Positions 21,101-30,537 of a DNA stretch of 32,594 nt are shown here, one piece after another (the stretch's first letter is position 1; each line of letters begins with the position of its first letter). The DNA comes from a virus (Duplodnaviria > Caudoviricetes). Where the stretch lies: the IMG/VR virus record IMGVR_UViG_3300012953_000107, positions 1-32,594 of that record. One strand, written 5' to 3'. Both the position numbers and the translations under genes were made by a program. A model generated the notes under the pieces. The model had not been told where the DNA came from, made no database searches, and worked only from the letters and a program-made list of their open reading frames with translations.

Positions 21101-24100
21101 AAATCTTTTTGTTCATTATCTACAATTAATTGTTCACCTATAATAAATTTGGATGATTCCAATATTGTTGTAAAAATTGGATATTTATTTTTATTTACGA
21201 TAGACGCTAATGAATTTTGATTAGTAACAGCTATTCCAGTATTTGTTGTAAATTCTGATGCATCAATAGTAACCTTAAAATTTATTCCAGTATCATCATA
21301 ATTAAGAACTTTAAAAAATACAAATCCATAATCTTCAGAATTAAATCCAGAGCCATCTGAACTTTGTTTTGCAATATCTTCAATAAAAACTTGATCACCC
21401 ACTAAAAATGGTGGAGTTGTAAATCCTAAAGATGGTGTCTCTATAAAACATGTGAATATCCCTGTTCCTGTTGAATCGGAAGTTACAGTTTTAATACTAA
21501 CACCATTACTATTATTGGTAGTGAATATGTCTATTGAATTATCAGACAACCCAAAAGGTTTAGTTATAATATCAACATTTTTTATAGAATTTCCCACTAA
21601 ATTTGCATTTAAAAATCCTGTATTGATTTTTTCTCTAGTTACTGAATCTACAAGATTTATATTTGGAGGTGATAAATATCCACTTCCAGATTCACTAACA
21701 GTAACAACACCAATGGTATTTGAATTCTTAATTGTAATAAATGGTGATATAAATGCATTAGGTTTTAATGTGTTGTCAGATGAGTATTCAAATCCCTCAT
21801 TGATAATTCTAATTTGATTTGCATTTCCAATAGATTTTGATTTGGCAATAATTTGACCACCTTTACCTTCTGTTGAAGAAGTTCCAACAAAATTAGGTAG
21901 TTTTTTATAACCAGATCCACCATAATCAATACCAACTTTATCAATTCCACCACTTGCTGTTAATGAACTTGTAGAATAGGTAAGAGAATCGCATTCAGAT
22001 TGAGTATATGATGTTTTTTCAGGAAATAATTTTAATGAAATATCAAAAGTAGTAACTCCCATGCCAATTACATTATAATCATTATTATATGAGCTTTCTA
22101 TAAATTTTATTTCAGAATAGTATTGAACACCTTTATCAGCAGTGCTAATAAATCCAGATTTTTCAAACGTATAATATAATTTTTCTGGTAATAAATTGTT
22201 ATTATTAATTGTAATCGATGCATCAGCACTAACACCAGGTATTCCAACCTCTACTATATTAAAATCTGTAGATGCTGTAGAAACAAATTCATTATCGAAA
22301 TCTTTATCATAATAAAGTTTGAAGTTATAACCTTGTAAAGATGAGTGCGATAAATTAAAAACTAAATTGTTATTATCAACTACATTAATTTGTGGATTGA
22401 TTGAAAATATAGTTTGTGATTCTCCTCCAGTGCTTGCAATACTTACTGTAATAGGTGGACTAGAAATAGCATCATTACGTGTGTTACATAATTTAAAATT
22501 ATTTTTATCAACCTTATAAACAAAATAATCATTTATTGATAATCCTTCAGGAACTGTATTAGTGGTAGTGTATGAAATTTTATCACCAGTTATAAATCCA
22601 TGAGAAGATATATTAATCTGATTTGTTGTTGTGTTAATTCCAGTTGAATTAAAGCCTATAGGATTAACTAAAGAATATCCTGTATTTTCATCTAGTTGAA
22701 TTTTAACTGAAGAACTTGTTCCTATCCCAACAGATAAATTTGGTTTAACAGATAAACTAATATCATCACCTATCTCTAAACTATGTGAAGTTGAAACAGA
22801 AACTTTTGCAATATTTTTTTCTACATCTACAAGTATTTGTTCATAATTACTTGTAAATTTGTATGTATCTACATCAGCACCACCACTGACAAAAAATACA
22901 TTAGAGTATCCAATACCAACTCCTGTTTTTATTCCAATAGTATTTTTACTTGTATTTGAAACAAACAATGTTGATGGTAAATTAAAGTCAACATTATTAC
23001 TGTTGGAAGGATCATCATTATATTTAATATTACTTGCAGCACCATTCACTAATGTTATTTGTTGATTGTCAACAAATGGATGACTTTCTATGTAAATTCT
23101 TTGTGTTGGAATATCTCTTACAATCGTTGATATACCAAGATCAAAGGTTACGGATGATGAAATTCCAGATAAAGTTCCAAACCCTATAGATTCTTTTGGA
23201 TTAAAATAAACTATATCATTTACTCTAGATTCAAAATAATCTACAGATTTATTAATTGTAAAAGTATCTGGTAAAAATGATATTGTAAAAGGAACTGTGT
23301 GTGCAAAACCTGTAGTTCCTCTTTGTACCCTTAATATATTTGCATTTTTATAGATATCTAAGATTTGTAAAGTTTCAGTACCAATTCCAATACTACTTCC
23401 CACTGAGACTGATTCTGGGATTGAAGACACATATATTTCAGTAGTAAATCCAACAGTTGATGATGCTAGTATCGTAGAAATTCCAGATGCTTTAAAAGAA
23501 GTAACACCAACAGTGTGATTACCATTTAATTGAGATAATGTAGATGCAAATCCAGAAATTGATATAATGTCTCCATTAGCAAAAGTATGGAATGGTAAGA
23601 CTGTAAAATTTAAACTATTTGCATTTCCCCAATTAATTATTGTATTATTAAAAGTAGTTGTGGTAGTATTAATATCAACAATGTCTTTACCTTTCAGTGA
23701 GGTAACTTTTGATACCAATCCAGTTCCTTCAGTATTAGTATTGTCAAAGGACAAACTATTATTAACTTTATATTCATTACCAGAAGAAACAATTACTAAT
23801 TCATCAACACTTCCAGATGTAACTGATTGCATTACAATTTTTTGTTTTGAAATCTCGTTAGTTTCTACTATAAAATCGTTATCAGCATTTTTTTCAGAAA
23901 TTTTATACGGAAAAGTATTTCTTATAAGATTGGATCCTTCAAAATTATATGATTGGTCAATATTTTGAAGAACTGGAACTGATCTATAAGAATCTCCAAT
24001 AAAATAAGGAAATTCTGGTATGTTTTGATCTAAATCACTTTTTATAGTTGCGAAATAAGCATATACACCATCAGGAAAATCAAATGTTTTTGTAAACCTA

Positions 24101-27100
24101 CCGTTGTTTCTATCTAAATCACCTGTGTTTGTAAATTCATAATCTTCAATAAAAGAACCATCACTAAAACCTAATGGTCTATCAATAACTTTAGAAGAGT
24201 TTAAAGTGTATCCAGAACGCATACGTGTTGGAGTTAATGCTATTCCTGGATTTGCATATGAAAAAGATCCATATATTGGATTTCCATCATAAGCCCATCC
24301 AATAATTGGTGAATGAATAAGATTTATATTATCACCAAAATAATTTCTTAATGTTTGACCATACCCACAAATACTATATTGCAAATTATTATTTTCATTA
24401 GAATTTAATAATATACTATCACCAAATTTACTTCTATTATCCAGAGTTAATGATCTTATCTGATTTGATATAACAGCATTTTTTCCTGCAGGAACAACAT
24501 TTATTGAAGTATCTGAAGAAGAATATCCAATTCCTGCATTAATAATTTTAACATCTGTAAGTTTTCCATTAGAAATTATAGGTCTTAATTCTGCACCAGT
24601 TCCTGAACCAGAATAATCTATTACATCTAAATCAGGAATAGAAAAATATTCACTACCATGAAATGAAACAGAAACAGAAACTATTCTTCCATTTACTATT
24701 GTAGTTCTTAATGCAGCATTTTTACCATTTTTTATAGAAATAATAGGAGTTTTTTCAAAATTTACAATTGAAGATCCATAACCAGTTCCAGATTCATAAA
24801 GATAAGAATCGATAATATTACCTCTAATAATAGGAGTTAATTCAACTGATTTTTTAATTTGAGTATCAGTTCCAATTCCAAGAGGAACATAGTCTAAAGA
24901 AGCTTCAATATCTGGATAAAAGAAATTGTGATTACCTGAACCAACTGAATCTAAAGATATGTAATTTTTTGATATGTAATTTGATGTTATAGTTCCACCA
25001 ACACCAGCATCAGAAAGTTTGAATGAATTGTCATCAATTTTTATAATTTGATATTGATTTGTAGTAGTTGTTATTCCAGTTGATGTGCTCAATCCAGTTA
25101 TCTTGGTTCCAGTCGTAGAATATACAATTTTATCACCATCATTAAATCCATGATGGTTAAATGTAACTTTATCATATTGAGTTGATATTCCAGTTGATTT
25201 AACAATTAATTTTCTATTTGTAAATAATCCACCATCAATTACACTAATACCAGAAACATATTTTTCAGTTGGAAGTGTTGAAAATTTATGAACACCTCCA
25301 GCATTAAAATTATTTAATGCTAACGTATTTGTTTTAGAAATCGCATCATTAAAAGAGGTATATAATTTAATAGTTCTATCATTTACAACATCAACAAAAT
25401 AACTTGCATTATTAACCAATGTCGATGTTCCCACGCCGACACAAATAGGTTTACTATCACCAGAATTATAAATTACTTCTTGACCAATTTCAAAAACATG
25501 ATCAGATAGAAATCCAATGGTATTGAATTCCTGACTTACTCCCCCAAAATTAAAAGTAGATAAACCACTAAATGAAACATCTCTAGATCTTGTTTGGATT
25601 ATTGGTTCTAAAACTGCATTTCCATTACCACCAGTAACAGTGATTGATATAACTTCATTGATATCAAAATCCTGTTGATCAACATAAACTTTTTCAATAC
25701 TACCTTGAATTACAGGTTGAATTAATGCAGTTGTTCCAAATCCAGCTGCAACTTCAATTTTTGGTAAATTTACAACATCATAATCAATACCACCATTCAA
25801 TACCTCTATTGAACCTATTGGGCCATAATATATCCTATTATTTGACTTATAATTGGTGATTTCCACACCATTAACCAACATTCCAGTTGTTCCTGTATCT
25901 GTTTTTGTTTGCTTTCCTTTAGAAATATCTACATTTACTGGAAATTTTTTAAGTAATTTTTGTGCCCCAATTTTTTCAAAATTTTGGGAAGTCAATGTAA
26001 ATTCATGTACAGCATTTGCATCTTCTAGTTTTATATAATCAGAACTACCAATAAATGTTGGAGCTGTATGTAATTTAATTATTGTTCTATCACTAGAATC
26101 AACCTCTACAAAATATATTCCATTGTTTTCTAACCCATCATATGGATCTCCTGAAGTTTTATAAGAAACTTTATCTCCATCTTGGAAAGGAACATTATTT
26201 TGAAATTTTATTGCTGCATATTTATTAGGTTCACCAGAAATTTCCTGAATTAACCCAAATCCTTCATGAGATAATGGTATAGAAACTTTATCAACTTCAA
26301 TATCAATTGAATTTAAGTATGGATATTCAAGTTCATTACCATTTTTATCAACTTTTGCCGATAATAGTGAATTTGAAGCTACATAAAATGCTTCTTCATC
26401 TTCAACATATAAGTTTTGTATATCTGATGTAATATCATTATATTCTAACGGAACTTTATTACTAATTGCGGTATTAATTTTCCTTCTTAAATCATATTCT
26501 TTGTATCGTATAGGTTTAAACTTAGAACTAAGAACAACTTGCTTATCTACTGCACCACTATTATTATCCTCAATAATGACTACATAACCATCTTCACCAT
26601 GTACAACTATATTTGAAGATCTTTCAACTATTTCTACTGTATCTCCTTGTTTTAAACTAGATCTATCATAACTATCAACTAAATTAATTTGATTAGTCTC
26701 TACACCAAATTCAAAATCTTCTATTTTAATTTTATATCTTGTACTTGTATTATAAATCCAAGAATTTGCAAAAGTTTGTTTATACGTTTTACCACTAGAA
26801 GGATTTTCAATTAAATCTCCAAGATTTTTAACTAATAATATTTCCTCCTCATCTACAGTTAAATTATCAGATACTTGTTCAAATTCTGATAAAACACCAG
26901 TTAATCTAAATTCTACTTTTTTAGTGATATCCCCATCCTCATATCCAAAGTAGGTATCATTATTACGTACATTATCAGTAGAATTAATTCCATAATCAAT
27001 TCCACTACATCCAAAAAATTGATTAATACTTTTACTTGTATAATCAATTTTAGTATTATTACCAGATATTAAGGTACCCGTTTGCCCAAATCCTATAGTT

Positions 27101-28137
27101 GAATCTACAGTTATAATTGATGAACCTATAGAAACATTATTAAGAGATCTTGTTGATGGTGTGATTTTAAAATCACCTTGAATAGTGGAAGAACTATCAT
27201 CAAATCCAATAAACAGAGAAATCTTAAAATATTGTTGAAGTGATGTTAGTGCAATTCCAATTCTGCTAAATGGTTCTATCTCCGAAATAGCAGCATTAGT
27301 ATTTAAATCTGAAGTTTTGAATAGTGTCTGACCAACTAATTTTTTGGGATTTGGGGGATCTTCATTGAGAGATCTTTCATTGACAACTTCTGCAACAGCA
27401 ACTTCACGTCTAACATATTGTGCAGATGATGGTTTAATTAGATAATCTTCTAGATTAATAATTTTAGGAGTTTCATTATAAAGTACATTAAATAATATTC
27501 TAAAAGACTCATTTGTTCCTTTAGATCTATAAAAAGATCTAGATTCTTTTAAAAAGGTGCCAACATTTAAAGTTGGAGTAAAATCTATATCTTCTAATCC
27601 TGGAACTAAATTAAATTTTAATTTTCTATAAAATTCTTTTAAAAATAAAGAACTTAAATTTTGTATTGAGCTACCAGCAGAATGTTGTGATGATGTTGTA
27701 CTAGAAAATATTAATTCTTCATCATTTAATTCTTGATGATAACTTGTAATTCCACTAAATCCACGTTTACATCCTTCAAATGATAAATTATCAGATGAAA
27801 TATTAGTATATGTAATTACCTCATCATTAATTTTAAATAATCCATACTCTTGTGGAAATCCTTTTGTAGAACTAACAGTAACTACACCTACAGTTGAATC
27901 AATATCATATGATAAAGTAGTACTATCAACAATAACTTCAGGAATTAAACTATCTAAGCTTAAATATTGATCTAGATTATCTGTAATATCAACTGGTCCA
28001 CCCTGATACTCTTGAGAAATATAATATTGTTTTAGAAAATCTACTGTTTTAGGACTTTCATCCCTAATAAAATTTGGAAGTTGATTATCTATAATTTGTT
28101 GAATCTTAACTTTAGATTCAAAATCAGTTCTTATCAT
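15136..28137 (-). CDS. gp7: Giant baseplate wedge initiator (gp7-like), 4333 aa, multi-repeat
   Basis: Lies between gp6 and gp8. N-terminal QLPNFIRDESP...DFLKQYYISQE and FYRSKGTNESFRILFNVLY, internal NDYYQNLSYSIKS...LLHTSGLKNF, and many repeat modules. The gp7 assignment rests mainly on synteny and these motifs. Confidence 0.78.
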   Translation of the reverse strand: MIRTDFESKVKIQQIIDNQLPNFIRDESPKTVDFLKQYYISQEYQGGPVDITDNLDQYLSLDSLIPEVIVDSTTLSYDIDSTVGVVTVSSTKGFPQEYGLFKINDEVITYTNISSDNLSFEGCKRGFSGITSYHQELNDEELIFSSTTSSQHSAGSSIQNLSSLFLKEFYRKLKFNLVPGLEDIDFTPTLNVGTFLKESRSFYRSKGTNESFRILFNVLYNETPKIINLEDYLIKPSSAQYVRREVAVAEVVNERSLNEDPPNPKKLVGQTLFKTSDLNTNAAISEIEPFSRIGIALTSLQQYFKISLFIGFDDSSSTIQGDFKITPSTRSLNNVSIGSSIITVDSTIGFGQTGTLISGNNTKIDYTSKSINQFFGCSGIDYGINSTDNVRNNDTYFGYEDGDITKKVEFRLTGVLSEFEQVSDNLTVDEEEILLVKNLGDLIENPSSGKTYKQTFANSWIYNTSTRYKIKIEDFEFGVETNQINLVDSYDRSSLKQGDTVEIVERSSNIVVHGEDGYVVIIEDNNSGAVDKQVVLSSKFKPIRYKEYDLRRKINTAISNKVPLEYNDITSDIQNLYVEDEEAFYVASNSLLSAKVDKNGNELEYPYLNSIDIEVDKVSIPLSHEGFGLIQEISGEPNKYAAIKFQNNVPFQDGDKVSYKTSGDPYDGLENNGIYFVEVDSSDRTIIKLHTAPTFIGSSDYIKLEDANAVHEFTLTSQNFEKIGAQKLLKKFPVNVDISKGKQTKTDTGTTGMLVNGVEITNYKSNNRIYYGPIGSIEVLNGGIDYDVVNLPKIEVAAGFGTTALIQPVIQGSIEKVYVDQQDFDINEVISITVTGGNGNAVLEPIIQTRSRDVSFSGLSTFNFGGVSQEFNTIGFLSDHVFEIGQEVIYNSGDSKPICVGVGTSTLVNNASYFVDVVNDRTIKLYTSFNDAISKTNTLALNNFNAGGVHKFSTLPTEKYVSGISVIDGGLFTNRKLIVKSTGISTQYDKVTFNHHGFNDGDKIVYSTTGTKITGLSTSTGITTTTNQYQIIKIDDNSFKLSDAGVGGTITSNYISKNYISLDSVGSGNHNFFYPDIEASLDYVPLGIGTDTQIKKSVELTPIIRGNIIDSYLYESGTGYGSSIVNFEKTPIISIKNGKNAALRTTIVNGRIVSVSVSFHGSEYFSIPDLDVIDYSGSGTGAELRPIISNGKLTDVKIINAGIGYSSSDTSINVVPAGKNAVISNQIRSLTLDNRSKFGDSILLNSNENNNLQYSICGYGQTLRNYFGDNINLIHSPIIGWAYDGNPIYGSFSYANPGIALTPTRMRSGYTLNSSKVIDRPLGFSDGSFIEDYEFTNTGDLDRNNGRFTKTFDFPDGVYAYFATIKSDLDQNIPEFPYFIGDSYRSVPVLQNIDQSYNFEGSNLIRNTFPYKISEKNADNDFIVETNEISKQKIVMQSVTSGSVDELVIVSSGNEYKVNNSLSFDNTNTEGTGLVSKVTSLKGKDIVDINTTTTTFNNTIINWGNANSLNFTVLPFHTFANGDIISISGFASTLSQLNGNHTVGVTSFKASGISTILASSTVGFTTEIYVSSIPESVSVGSSIGIGTETLQILDIYKNANILRVQRGTTGFAHTVPFTISFLPDTFTINKSVDYFESRVNDIVYFNPKESIGFGTLSGISSSVTFDLGISTIVRDIPTQRIYIESHPFVDNQQITLVNGAASNIKYNDDPSNSNNVDFNLPSTLFVSNTSKNTIGIKTGVGIGYSNVFFVSGGADVDTYKFTSNYEQILVDVEKNIAKVSVSTSHSLEIGDDISLSVKPNLSVGIGTSSSVKIQLDENTGYSLVNPIGFNSTGINTTTNQINISSHGFITGDKISYTTTNTVPEGLSINDYFVYKVDKNNFKLCNTRNDAISSPPITVSIASTGGESQTIFSINPQINVVDNNNLVFNLSHSSLQGYNFKLYYDKDFDNEFVSTASTDFNIVEVGIPGVSADASITINNNNLLPEKLYYTFEKSGFISTADKGVQYYSEIKFIESSYNNDYNVIGMGVTTFDISLKLFPEKTSYTQSECDSLTYSTSSLTASGGIDKVGIDYGGSGYKKLPNFVGTSSTEGKGGQIIAKSKSIGNANQIRIINEGFEYSSDNTLKPNAFISPFITIKNSNTIGVVTVSESGSGYLSPPNINLVDSVTREKINTGFLNANLVGNSIKNVDIITKPFGLSDNSIDIFTTNNSNGVSIKTVTSDSTGTGIFTCFIETPSLGFTTPPFLVGDQVFIEDIAKQSSDGSGFNSEDYGFVFFKVLNYDDTGINFKVTIDASEFTTNTGIAVTNQNSLASIVNKNKYPIFTTILESSKFIIGEQLIVDNEQKDLFITNSESDFIKITGDYKLSVNDIITGKESGVIATIDSITNNNGRYIVDYSVKKDIGWSDNIGRLNDDAQVTPNNDYYQNLSYSIKSSLSYDELRIAVNNLLHTSGLKNFADTGISSATSVGIGSTDFSIVIKDYIGDSRIDSIYNFDLANSLNENNISKFIALQNKKLSNYTLSKSNEVFVIDNINKQFSNLVEDPIEYLDILTDNTISYQNLLIKISNIENTIVQLSDFVLLYNNETQYLLERGQLVSGITTSYGNEDLVGSFDLVKDTTTGDQSFRFVPTLNSSTTDYDIKVISNEFLSGSGIGTFPVGFINLTGTSGIGTFNSDGTPAITGIITAKSDQFTSFHTRNELINKTKNEVNFVEVYATHDGTNTYVSEYFIDNSDYDGYSSTGIGSFKANISGSDFVLNYHNDTTDQIDIKSNVVGFGTTSVGTATYRFKSNNQPDGSERSAIYQSNYSKSIGLSTVFTLDKNLFNSVKSIIEVSIGSTKALHQVLTVHDQNNVYVNSLPFLSVNGTIPNTSIDEYDNLLGIGTFGVNFASNDFLLKFYPDSAFNSDNIQVSALNLCVYNKVDLDNNPNDFIYGKSKESINNYFYTAPRGSRVNKTKFTLTSNDIPLFAKSFDPADTDIISISGNTFNIKNHFFRTNEELIYTPKSTFVGVGSTPMEYQGVTGGIDQLPTNVFAIRTNKDSFQISTTSGGSAVTFVGVGTGNKHEFAMAKSNTKNIISIDNIIQSPLSFASVTHTLKDNFDDNNSFLGISTSRTTFALSGISSIRLRDILKIDDEYVNVIGVGIGTSTVGPITPGLGSTSLVTVERGYVGTSATNHTNNTNVQIYRGSFNIVGNEINFTDAPRGTTVGLKNENNLEFARSDFNGRVYFRQNYTTNQIYDDVSEQFTGIGQTFNLTVGGASTSGIGETGGNGLVLINNIFQRPTATNNPNNNYQMIDDTISGVSSISFTGIKTDSGEVFISDVDVNRNQLPRGGVIVSLASTPGLGYAPLEGAEAISEINASGSISRIVSTATTGPSNAITTASYDNLTGDIIITTKNDHNFELGIVNQVKLVGLEFSCTQEHAGVTTTIFPEGIDPVTGIGTTAYTILQTIPGDFEHRFVSATNNAVNGSLTPTGALYKPTSGLLELSFSSAHNLDIGNAVTIANYGITFTCDADNYATTHPYPRPTDPIAGIAVTVLDVPTTTSFTINVGKSPTYRFKTNVGICTIPHDYVGQGTVFPYYGDVKIGSGYREPVSVAVTDTAFTHKFVGTIGTSVFVNSWTGVAKTATGADYDSVTGNLILTIPSHGLTNSNTVGIKTESLIFSCSKDNYKTDHLYPRVTDPVSGILTTITAYDTNTFSVNVGSAIGRGAVVSSTVGLGGTLAFSIDEAGTNYKNPQLIIPEAAYKNLEVVGVSRLADGSTTNTGTGLLLDINIGASSTVGVGSTQFSVTNWKIARNGYAFREGDVFTPVGLVTDANLSSPISQFELTVVEAYNDPFSAWQFGQFDYIDSIKEQQDGVRTRFEIKYDDEYLNFELANGSEFDINLANSLLIVINGIIQEPGIAYQFEGGTSFVFSQAPKAEDDVAIFFYRGTSGEDTELIDNIKPTLKTGDDLQLLNINTNDVNQDSRTMLGIATLGSGNVETVLYDGVGINNDTKSVKWTKQKSDKIVNGELVYKSRPMLEPLIFPTAKIIGDISSSTLTNIFVDDADLFDNENEISNKPIGGIIVDNSVTPVAAALTAIVSTGGTISSIVIGSGGTGYTPGTILVSIGIPTTGIGVGVGTTATATATVSSNGEISSVLVTNPGLGYNQSIPPKVLPPYPTFKSEKVLNIDRINGFSGIITGIGTVTGIGVPLALKFILKDGGTYSNLVVGYPISIHDTTIGSGVTSIYDSNSKVVGVGITFVDNIYNVSAWDQNVGIITCNIHSDSPVVGLGTTGITPVGKVSWGRLFSTGSITRGSDPISIGVTGFTITSGLTTFPTIQRRVQGLRDTGAIEPS

Positions 28138-28138
28138 A

Positions 28139-30094
28139 CTACTCTCGTATTAATTGTCCGTTAAGGTAACTTGATGAATAAAAATCTCTAACAAAGGAAG
28201 TTCCTGTTATTTCATCACCTGAGCTAATAACATCTCTTACCATATTTATTGTACTTTCTGAGATGCTAAAATTCAAATATAAATCTCTTAAACCAACAAC
28301 ATCATTAGATTCTGGAATTGCCTGTATCTCTACAACATCCGATCCATCTACTGTTGATGTAATGTTCACAGTTCCTAACATAATTTCACCTTTAATATAA
28401 TCAACTGTACCTGCACCTTTTGCAATAACAATAATTTCTCCAGTATCCAAAACTTGAACCAAAGAAATAATGCCAGTCTTTAAATCTTCATTAGGAACAT
28501 CAGTAATATAAACTGGTTTAGATTCTCCAGAAATATAAAATCCTTTAGATTTTATATTATATTCTGCAGCACTTACATGAAATTGATTACCATAACATAA
28601 TTCATATTGTGCAAATTGATTAAATGCAACCTTCAAATCTCTTCTAATTCTTACTTTAGTTATATTTGATGTTATTGATTGATCTGAATTATCAATTACC
28701 TGTAGAACCTTACTATATTTAAACCTACCACCAAATTTATTAACTTCTAAAGAATTTGAATATGAATTTAAAGCGTTTATAGTAGATGATTTTAAGGAAT
28801 TTTCAGATGACACTTTTGTACTATTATAATATACTGAGGAATCAATTTCTACATACAATACTTTTAAATCTATTATTTTTTGATTAATTCCTGATATAGA
28901 ATATTGTTTTAATTGAGATAAAATTCTACTTTTATTGAAATCAGAAACAAAAGTTCCATTTTTTGGTTTTATACTAATAGATACCGTTCCAAATTCTGGT
29001 GGATCAAGCTCTTCACCACCAATAACGGCAACAGATTCAGTATCTGGGTATATTTTCTTTATAATTGTTTCATAATCTCTAGATGTTACTGCTCTAAATT
29101 GGGAAGAATATATTTTTGGGGCAAAATATTTGATAGAATCAACATCTTCAATGTCAGAACCATTTTGAGATCTGATATTTGTTACAATAGAAGGTGCAGT
29201 AAACGAAAGTAATGGTGGATTTGAAATAATTTCTGGATTTTGTTGTAATATTTTGCCAGCAAATGAAAAACTGTTATCTTTACCTACACCATTTCCATCT
29301 TTTCCGTCTGTAGTAATATATTTTACTGTTATTTTCGCTCCATTATCTATTTTTTTGCCAATTATTCCATCACCAAAAATTAATTCATACTTTTCATCTT
29401 GAATTTCTTGAAGTAAATATATTTCTGATGAAGAATCTACGTTTACTATATTCTCAACCAAGAAATATTCAATACCAAGACCGTCATCTTGATCAGTTGT
29501 ATCATCAATATACACTTTTATCGTAGAAGTATCAATTGCAGGGTTATCTAATATAAATTTTTGATCCAAAGATTCTTCTTTTGTAAATTCTTTTACTAAT
29601 AAAGTACCTTGTTTAATCTGAATATTTGAAAATTCGGCAGAATAAGCCCCATTTACAATTTTTATTGGTGCTGACCAATTTTCTGAGGTAGAAAATACAA
29701 AAGATGTATTATTAGAATCACCTACACATACTAAACCTGCAGATAATGTTGCATTAGGCACCCGATTTATCATGTCTCCCGTAAAGTCTGGGAAGATAAC
29801 CGTAAATGATATGTCTGCTGTGGCTGCCGTTTTAGAGCGTGGTACGTATCCAATATTTCTTGCTAGTGAAACTACATTCTGACGTAATGTTGCCGATTCC
29901 AAGAAGGATTCGTTAACAATCATATTGGAATTGAATGCTGTAATGTAGGTATTATATGCTAACGTGTCTATGAGTACTGAAAAGTTAGATCCCTCAAAGT
30001 CAAAATCAGTAAAATTACTATTTGCACGGAGATAATCTTTAATAGATGTTTTTATCTGATCAAAATCAAGGTTTGTAAATTTAGTAAATGGCAT
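28139..30094 (-). CDS. gp6: Baseplate wedge subunit (T4 gp6-like)
   Basis: Motifs LDFDQIKTSIKDYLR...FTDFDFEGS, NESFLESATLRQNVVSLARNIGYVPRS, YELIFGDGIIG and QFRAVTSRDYE. Confidence 0.93.
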   Translation of the reverse strand: MPFTKFTNLDFDQIKTSIKDYLRANSNFTDFDFEGSNFSVLIDTLAYNTYITAFNSNMIVNESFLESATLRQNVVSLARNIGYVPRSKTAATADISFTVIFPDFTGDMINRVPNATLSAGLVCVGDSNNTSFVFSTSENWSAPIKIVNGAYSAEFSNIQIKQGTLLVKEFTKEESLDQKFILDNPAIDTSTIKVYIDDTTDQDDGLGIEYFLVENIVNVDSSSEIYLLQEIQDEKYELIFGDGIIGKKIDNGAKITVKYITTDGKDGNGVGKDNSFSFAGKILQQNPEIISNPPLLSFTAPSIVTNIRSQNGSDIEDVDSIKYFAPKIYSSQFRAVTSRDYETIIKKIYPDTESVAVIGGEELDPPEFGTVSISIKPKNGTFVSDFNKSRILSQLKQYSISGINQKIIDLKVLYVEIDSSVYYNSTKVSSENSLKSSTINALNSYSNSLEVNKFGGRFKYSKVLQVIDNSDQSITSNITKVRIRRDLKVAFNQFAQYELCYGNQFHVSAAEYNIKSKGFYISGESKPVYITDVPNEDLKTGIISLVQVLDTGEIIVIAKGAGTVDYIKGEIMLGTVNITSTVDGSDVVEIQAIPESNDVVGLRDLYLNFSISESTINMVRDVISSGDEITGTSFVRDFYSSSYLNGQLIRE

Positions 30095-30095
30095 G

Positions 30096-30497
30096 TTATC
30101 TAGTTGCCTCTAGGAGGAAGGTATATTCTTGGGTTGGAAACTCTTGACCAATAATATCATATATGACGGTTACATTAAATGTATTGTTATCAGGTTGAGG
30201 ATCAACTTCTACTTCAACATTTTCAATTCTTTCTTCAAAATTATTCAATGCAATTATGATTTGATCTCTGATATTGGATGCTGTACCAAAATCAACGAAT
30301 TCAAATAAACTTTTATAGACATCAGAACCTAATATTGAATTAAAAAATCTTTCTGTAGGAATTGTTTGAACTATGTTTCTTACAGATCTACGAATTGCAT
30401 CTTCATTTTTTAATATTTTCAAGTCTTTTGACACGGGATGTGGATCAAAAGATAAATTAATATCTTTAAATGCCCTTGATACCCTACTAATTGCCAT
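30096..30497 (-). CDS. gp25: Baseplate wedge subunit (T4 gp25-like)
   Basis: Motifs FKDINLSF..HP...DL...KNEDAIRRSVRNIVQT...ERFFN..LGS and ALNNFEERI. Immediately upstream of gp6. Confidence 0.92.
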   Translation of the reverse strand: MAISRVSRAFKDINLSFDPHPVSKDLKILKNEDAIRRSVRNIVQTIPTERFFNSILGSDVYKSLFEFVDFGTASNIRDQIIIALNNFEERIENVEVEVDPQPDNNTFNVTVIYDIIGQEFPTQEYTFLLEATR

Positions 30498-30515
30498 ATG
30501 AACAGAGTTTTTCTT

Positions 30516-30523
30516 TATTTATA
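30516..30523 (-). promoter_or_regulatory. T4-type late promoter TATAAATA heading the baseplate operon
   Basis: Exact consensus 18 bp upstream of the gp25 ATG and just downstream of a terminator. Confidence 0.85.
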
Positions 30524-30537
30524 TGAGTATTGTCCAT

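Noticed and set aside
6233-28137. Inteins, introns or DGR variable repeats in the giant genes
   Set aside because: The frames are uninterrupted. I noticed no Hint splice-junction or LAGLIDADG/HNH motifs, no near-identical DNA repeat pair differing at adenines, and no reverse transcriptase in the window.
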